From a virus (Duplodnaviria > Heunggongvirae > Uroviricota > Caudoviricetes): DNA of 64,000 nucleotides. Below are positions 61,234-64,000 of the stretch, piece after piece (position 1 is the stretch's first letter; the number at the start of each line of letters is the position of its first letter). The notes beneath the pieces were generated by a model. It worked only from the letters and a program-made list of their open reading frames with translations. It searched no databases and was not told the DNA's origin. Location of the stretch: IMG/VR virus record IMGVR_UViG_3300021963_008171, positions 10,995 through 74,994 of that record. One strand, given 5' to 3'. The translations under genes were made by a program, and so were the position numbers.

Positions 61234-62046
61234 ATGATTAAGAAGTATCTAGATTTTATTAATGAATCCATAAAATATCTTTCAACCCAAGAGTTTTTCA
61301 ATTGGCTAGAGGAAAGAAAGGACCATGTATTCATTGCTCTTGACACAGAAACTACTGGGCTAAAAGGTCCAAGGATAGATCAATTGACTCAAATTGCTGC
61401 TATTGCTTTTTCTTTTGATTATGATTCTCTATCATTCTTGGAAATTAGCAGATACAATAAGAAGATCTCTTTAACTCCAGAAATTAAAGCATTAAAACAA
61501 TTACCGGATTCTGAAATTCAGGGAGCACTTAAATATAACAGATACGGCGTAAGCGGAGGAAAATTCCAAGACGAGCAGGTAGTTATAAACGAATTGGTAG
61601 ATTTTGTTGCACAATTTGATAAAAGCATTTTATTAATTCAAAATTCACCATTTGATATGCCAATGATTAATGTCAGGGCTAAATTTCAAAGACTGAATTC
61701 AGAGGTATTTGATACAAAAGATTTCTTTGCATATTTCTTAATACCAACTCTTCAAAGATTAGCAGATACTGATCCAGAAGCCCAAAGTATATTGGATACT
61801 TTCGGTAAATCATCAAGTGGGAAGCTTTACACATCATCGCTTCCTAAGGTAGCTGCAGGACTTGGTGTTGACCCGAGTGGAGCGCATGATGCATTATACG
61901 ATTGCTCATATATGGTTGAAACCCTGGAAAAAGCGTTTCAAATAGTTAGAAATAATTCAGATTTTGACAGAAAAGATTTAATCAGACAAAGAATACTAAC
62001 AGATCGCTATATGAAAGCGAAGAATAAGGCAGAAGGAAGACTATGA
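61234..62046 (+). CDS. DEDD-family (DnaQ-like) 3'-5' exonuclease
   Basis: ExoI VFIALDTETTGL, ExoII LLIQNSPFDMPMI and ExoIII GAHDALYDCSYM. The N-terminus is MIKKYLDFINESI. Confidence 0.85.
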   Translation: MIKKYLDFINESIKYLSTQEFFNWLEERKDHVFIALDTETTGLKGPRIDQLTQIAAIAFSFDYDSLSFLEISRYNKKISLTPEIKALKQLPDSEIQGALKYNRYGVSGGKFQDEQVVINELVDFVAQFDKSILLIQNSPFDMPMINVRAKFQRLNSEVFDTKDFFAYFLIPTLQRLADTDPEAQSILDTFGKSSSGKLYTSSLPKVAAGLGVDPSGAHDALYDCSYMVETLEKAFQIVRNNSDFDRKDLIRQRILTDRYMKAKNKAEGRL

Positions 62047-62735
62047 TAAAGAACTTTTCATCATACATTAATGAGCAGTATTCCAATCCAAAAGATGTGG
62101 TTAATCTGAAATATGGCACCCCTCAGATGGATCACAAAGAAAAAATGGATCAAGGATCATCCCTATATTCCTCCGTGAAAGACACAGATCTTTGGAAAAA
62201 GTGGACTTCCACCTTTCCTCCGGCGCAGAGTTCAGAAGATGCTATAAAATCCCTAGAAGAATTAATTCTAATTGGATCTTCACAAACCCCAGAGGATAAA
62301 GAATTTGTTAAAGATGCTGAACATGATATGAAAGGCATTTTCGTTAAATTTTTAAAACTCAACGGAGTAGATAATATAACTGTAGAAGATCTTAAAGAGA
62401 TATCCAAAGAATTAGATCCTATAACATTTCATCTGAAATACATTTTTAATTATCCAAGACCTCACCAATTAGCAGGCGAATTGGAAATCCCGTTATACCC
62501 TTCTCAAACAACAGATGCATGCAGTCCTGCATATCCGTCGGGTCATTCTATAGATTCATTCGTTATGGGAGGATTAATAGGTAAAAAAATACCTCAACTC
62601 CGAAACGATGTTCTAAAACTGTCTGAAAAAATTTCCAGATCTAGACTTCAAGGAGGTATACATTTTTCTTTCGATCAGGAGTTTGGGAGACAAATTGCAG
62701 AGGATATTTTAAACCTTGATTTTTTGTCTCTCTAG
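62043..62735 (+). CDS. PAP2-superfamily phosphatase
   Basis: NYPRPHQ (the RP of motif 1), YPSGHS, and SRSRLQGGIHFSFD (SRx5Hx3D). The N-terminus is MIKNFSSYINEQ. Confidence 0.75.
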   Translation: MIKNFSSYINEQYSNPKDVVNLKYGTPQMDHKEKMDQGSSLYSSVKDTDLWKKWTSTFPPAQSSEDAIKSLEELILIGSSQTPEDKEFVKDAEHDMKGIFVKFLKLNGVDNITVEDLKEISKELDPITFHLKYIFNYPRPHQLAGELEIPLYPSQTTDACSPAYPSGHSIDSFVMGGLIGKKIPQLRNDVLKLSEKISRSRLQGGIHFSFDQEFGRQIAEDILNLDFLSL

Positions 62736-62794
62736 AGCCATTTTTTCCCTTTCTAAAATAAAATCACCTTCTTTCCTGTTTAATCATATTTCTT

Positions 62795-62806
62795 GAATAT
62801 ATAAAT
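62795..62806 (+). promoter_or_regulatory. GAATATATAAAT motif
   Basis: 32 nt upstream of ATG 62839 of the collagen-like gene. Confidence 0.4.
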
Positions 62807-62838
62807 GAACTCGATAGAGTCAAAATTCAAAGAAATAG

Positions 62839-64000
62839 ATGCCATTAATTTTAAGAAACGTCAAAGGTTCGGCTTTAACCATCAATGAGATGGATGATAA
62901 CCTTGAGTATTTATACAATAGGACATCGGTTGGAACATCAGGTACTGCTGGTACATCAGGTATTCAAGGATCCCAAGGATTTCAAGGTGCTCAGGGTCTA
63001 ACAGGACCTCAAGGTCTTAAAGGTGATACCGGGTCAACCGGAGCACAGGGTAGCACAGGATCAACCGGGGCTCAAGGAGCTCAGGGATTAACTGGTTCAG
63101 GAGCACAGGGAGCAGAAGGTCCAACCGGAGCACAGGGTAGCACAGGATCAACCGGAGCTCAAGGAGCTCAGGGATTAACTGGTTCAGGAGCACAGGGAGC
63201 AGAAGGTCCAACAGGGGCTCAGGGAGACATTGGATCTACAGGATCACAGGGAGCGCCGGGAACAGGAGCACAGGGAGCGCCAGGTCCAACAGGAGCACAG
63301 GGTGATACAGGTTTAACCGGAGCTCAAGGAATTAGCGGAACATCTGGCCAGTCAGGAGCACAAGGTCCAGCAGGTTCAGGAGCGCAAGGGGATCCAGGTC
63401 CAACGGGAGCTCAGGGAGACCCTGGATTAACAGGAGCACAAGGTCCAGCAGGGGCGGGAGCTCAGGGAGAGGCTGGTCCAACGGGAGCTCAGGGAGACAC
63501 TGGATTAACGGGAGCACAAGGAGCACAAGGTCCAGCAGGTTCTGGGGCACAGGGTGATTCAGGTCCAACCGGAGCTCAGGGGGACATCGGATTAACAGGA
63601 GCGCAAGGACCAGCAGGTTCTGGAGCCCAGGGTGCAGAGGGTGCTCAGGGAGCAACAGGAGCAGATGGATCCTCAATTACCTGGATGGGTGGATGGGTTA
63701 ATAATATACCATACGGAGAAAACGATGTAGTACAATATAATGGCAATTCCTACATAGGAACTGTAAATTCGATAACAGTAGGGGTAGCACCTGAAAATAA
63801 TCTAGCGGAATGGGACATATTTGTTCTTTCTGGGGAAGGAGCTCAAGGAGCAGAAGGAGCACAGGGTGCTAACGGAGCAGCTGGAGCACAGGGAGCAGCA
63901 GGTGAAGGAGCTCAGGGAGATGCCGGATCTGCAGGAGCGCAGGGAGCTAAAGGAGATGATGGGTCCGCAGGGGCACAAGGAGCAAAAGGAGACACAGGAG
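62839..64000 (+). CDS. collagen-like (Gly-X-Y) fibre protein with an embedded CBM5/12-like module; 3' end lies beyond the window
   Basis: Hand translation is open from ATG 62839 to the window edge. N-terminus MPLILRNVKGSALTINEMDDNLEYLYNRT. About 250 residues of GXY follow (GTSGTAGTSGIQGSQG...). A non-collagen block ITWMGGWVNNIPYGENDVVQYNGNSYIG...AEWDIFV lies at 63676-63828, after which GXY resumes. Confidence 0.85.
   Translation, partial: MPLILRNVKGSALTINEMDDNLEYLYNRTSVGTSGTAGTSGIQGSQGFQGAQGLTGPQGLKGDTGSTGAQGSTGSTGAQGAQGLTGSGAQGAEGPTGAQGSTGSTGAQGAQGLTGSGAQGAEGPTGAQGDIGSTGSQGAPGTGAQGAPGPTGAQGDTGLTGAQGISGTSGQSGAQGPAGSGAQGDPGPTGAQGDPGLTGAQGPAGAGAQGEAGPTGAQGDTGLTGAQGAQGPAGSGAQGDSGPTGAQGDIGLTGAQGPAGSGAQGAEGAQGATGADGSSITWMGGWVNNIPYGENDVVQYNGNSYIGTVNSITVGVAPENNLAEWDIFVLSGEGAQGAEGAQGANGAAGAQGAAGEGAQGDAGSAGAQGAKGDDGSAGAQGAKGDTG
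63034..63207 (+). repeat. 2 x 87-bp tandem duplication inside the collagen-like gene
   Basis: 63034-63120 and 63121-63207 differ at 2 positions. Each encodes 29 aa ((S/P)TGAQGSTGSTGAQGAQGLTGSGAQGAEG). Confidence 0.9.

Noticed and set aside
62805-62888. Short ORF starting at the ATG within TATAAATGAAC (62805), and a poxvirus-like TAAATG late-initiator reading of the motif
   Set aside because: The 27-codon frame ends at TGA 62886-62888 and overlaps the better-supported collagen-gene start (62839). The TAAATG resemblance occurs at only one site, so it is probably coincidental.
63017-63676. Track ORFs 63017..63211 (-) and 63332..63676 (-), which are Leu/Pro-rich
   Set aside because: They are the antisense shadow of the GXY-repeat coding sequence (GGN NNN NNN read backwards). 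The plus-strand collagen-like frame is open across the whole region and has a sensible N-terminus.

Overview
All calls were made by eye from the sequence and the ORF track. No searches or computations were run, so every domain assignment is motif-level and every coordinate should be re-derived computationally.

The window looks like part of a large, AT-rich dsDNA phage (possibly jumbo-phage class) infecting a Bacteroidetes-type host. This is an inference, because no capsid, terminase or polymerase gene lies in the window. Supporting observations:
- About 100 tightly packed, mostly short ORFs sit in five strand blocks.
- Shine-Dalgarno sequences are almost absent.
- TAnnTTTG (-7-type) boxes occur in intergenic gaps.
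- Signal peptides and lipoboxes are Bacteroidetes-style, and one protein carries a FISUMP domain.
- The tmRNA tag ends in ...YALAA.

Recognisable content:
1. An RNA-surveillance set. It comprises a Ro60/TROVE-vWA gene behind a roughly 450-nt ORF-free, hairpin-rich, promoter- and terminator-bounded locus (candidate Y-RNA-like partner), a tmRNA, an initiator tRNA-Met and a DEDD exonuclease.
2. Two cell-envelope modules, each headed by the same 31/32-nt leader box. They contain CsgG-like proteins, C-type-lectin/dockerin/cohesin-like secreted proteins, paralogous beta-barrels, lipoproteins and small membrane proteins.
3. About 25 kb of glycan chemistry. It includes an APS kinase, four sulfotransferase-like proteins, SGNH esterases, GT7 galactosyltransferase-like enzymes interrupted by LamG inserts, three radical-SAM enzymes, Fcl-like reductases, 2OG oxygenases and a methyltransferase.
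4. A collagen-like fibre gene and two prolyl-4-hydroxylase-like genes.

Two motifs recur across the window: a GATATATAAA(T) DNA motif and an MKHL..F-type N-terminal peptide.
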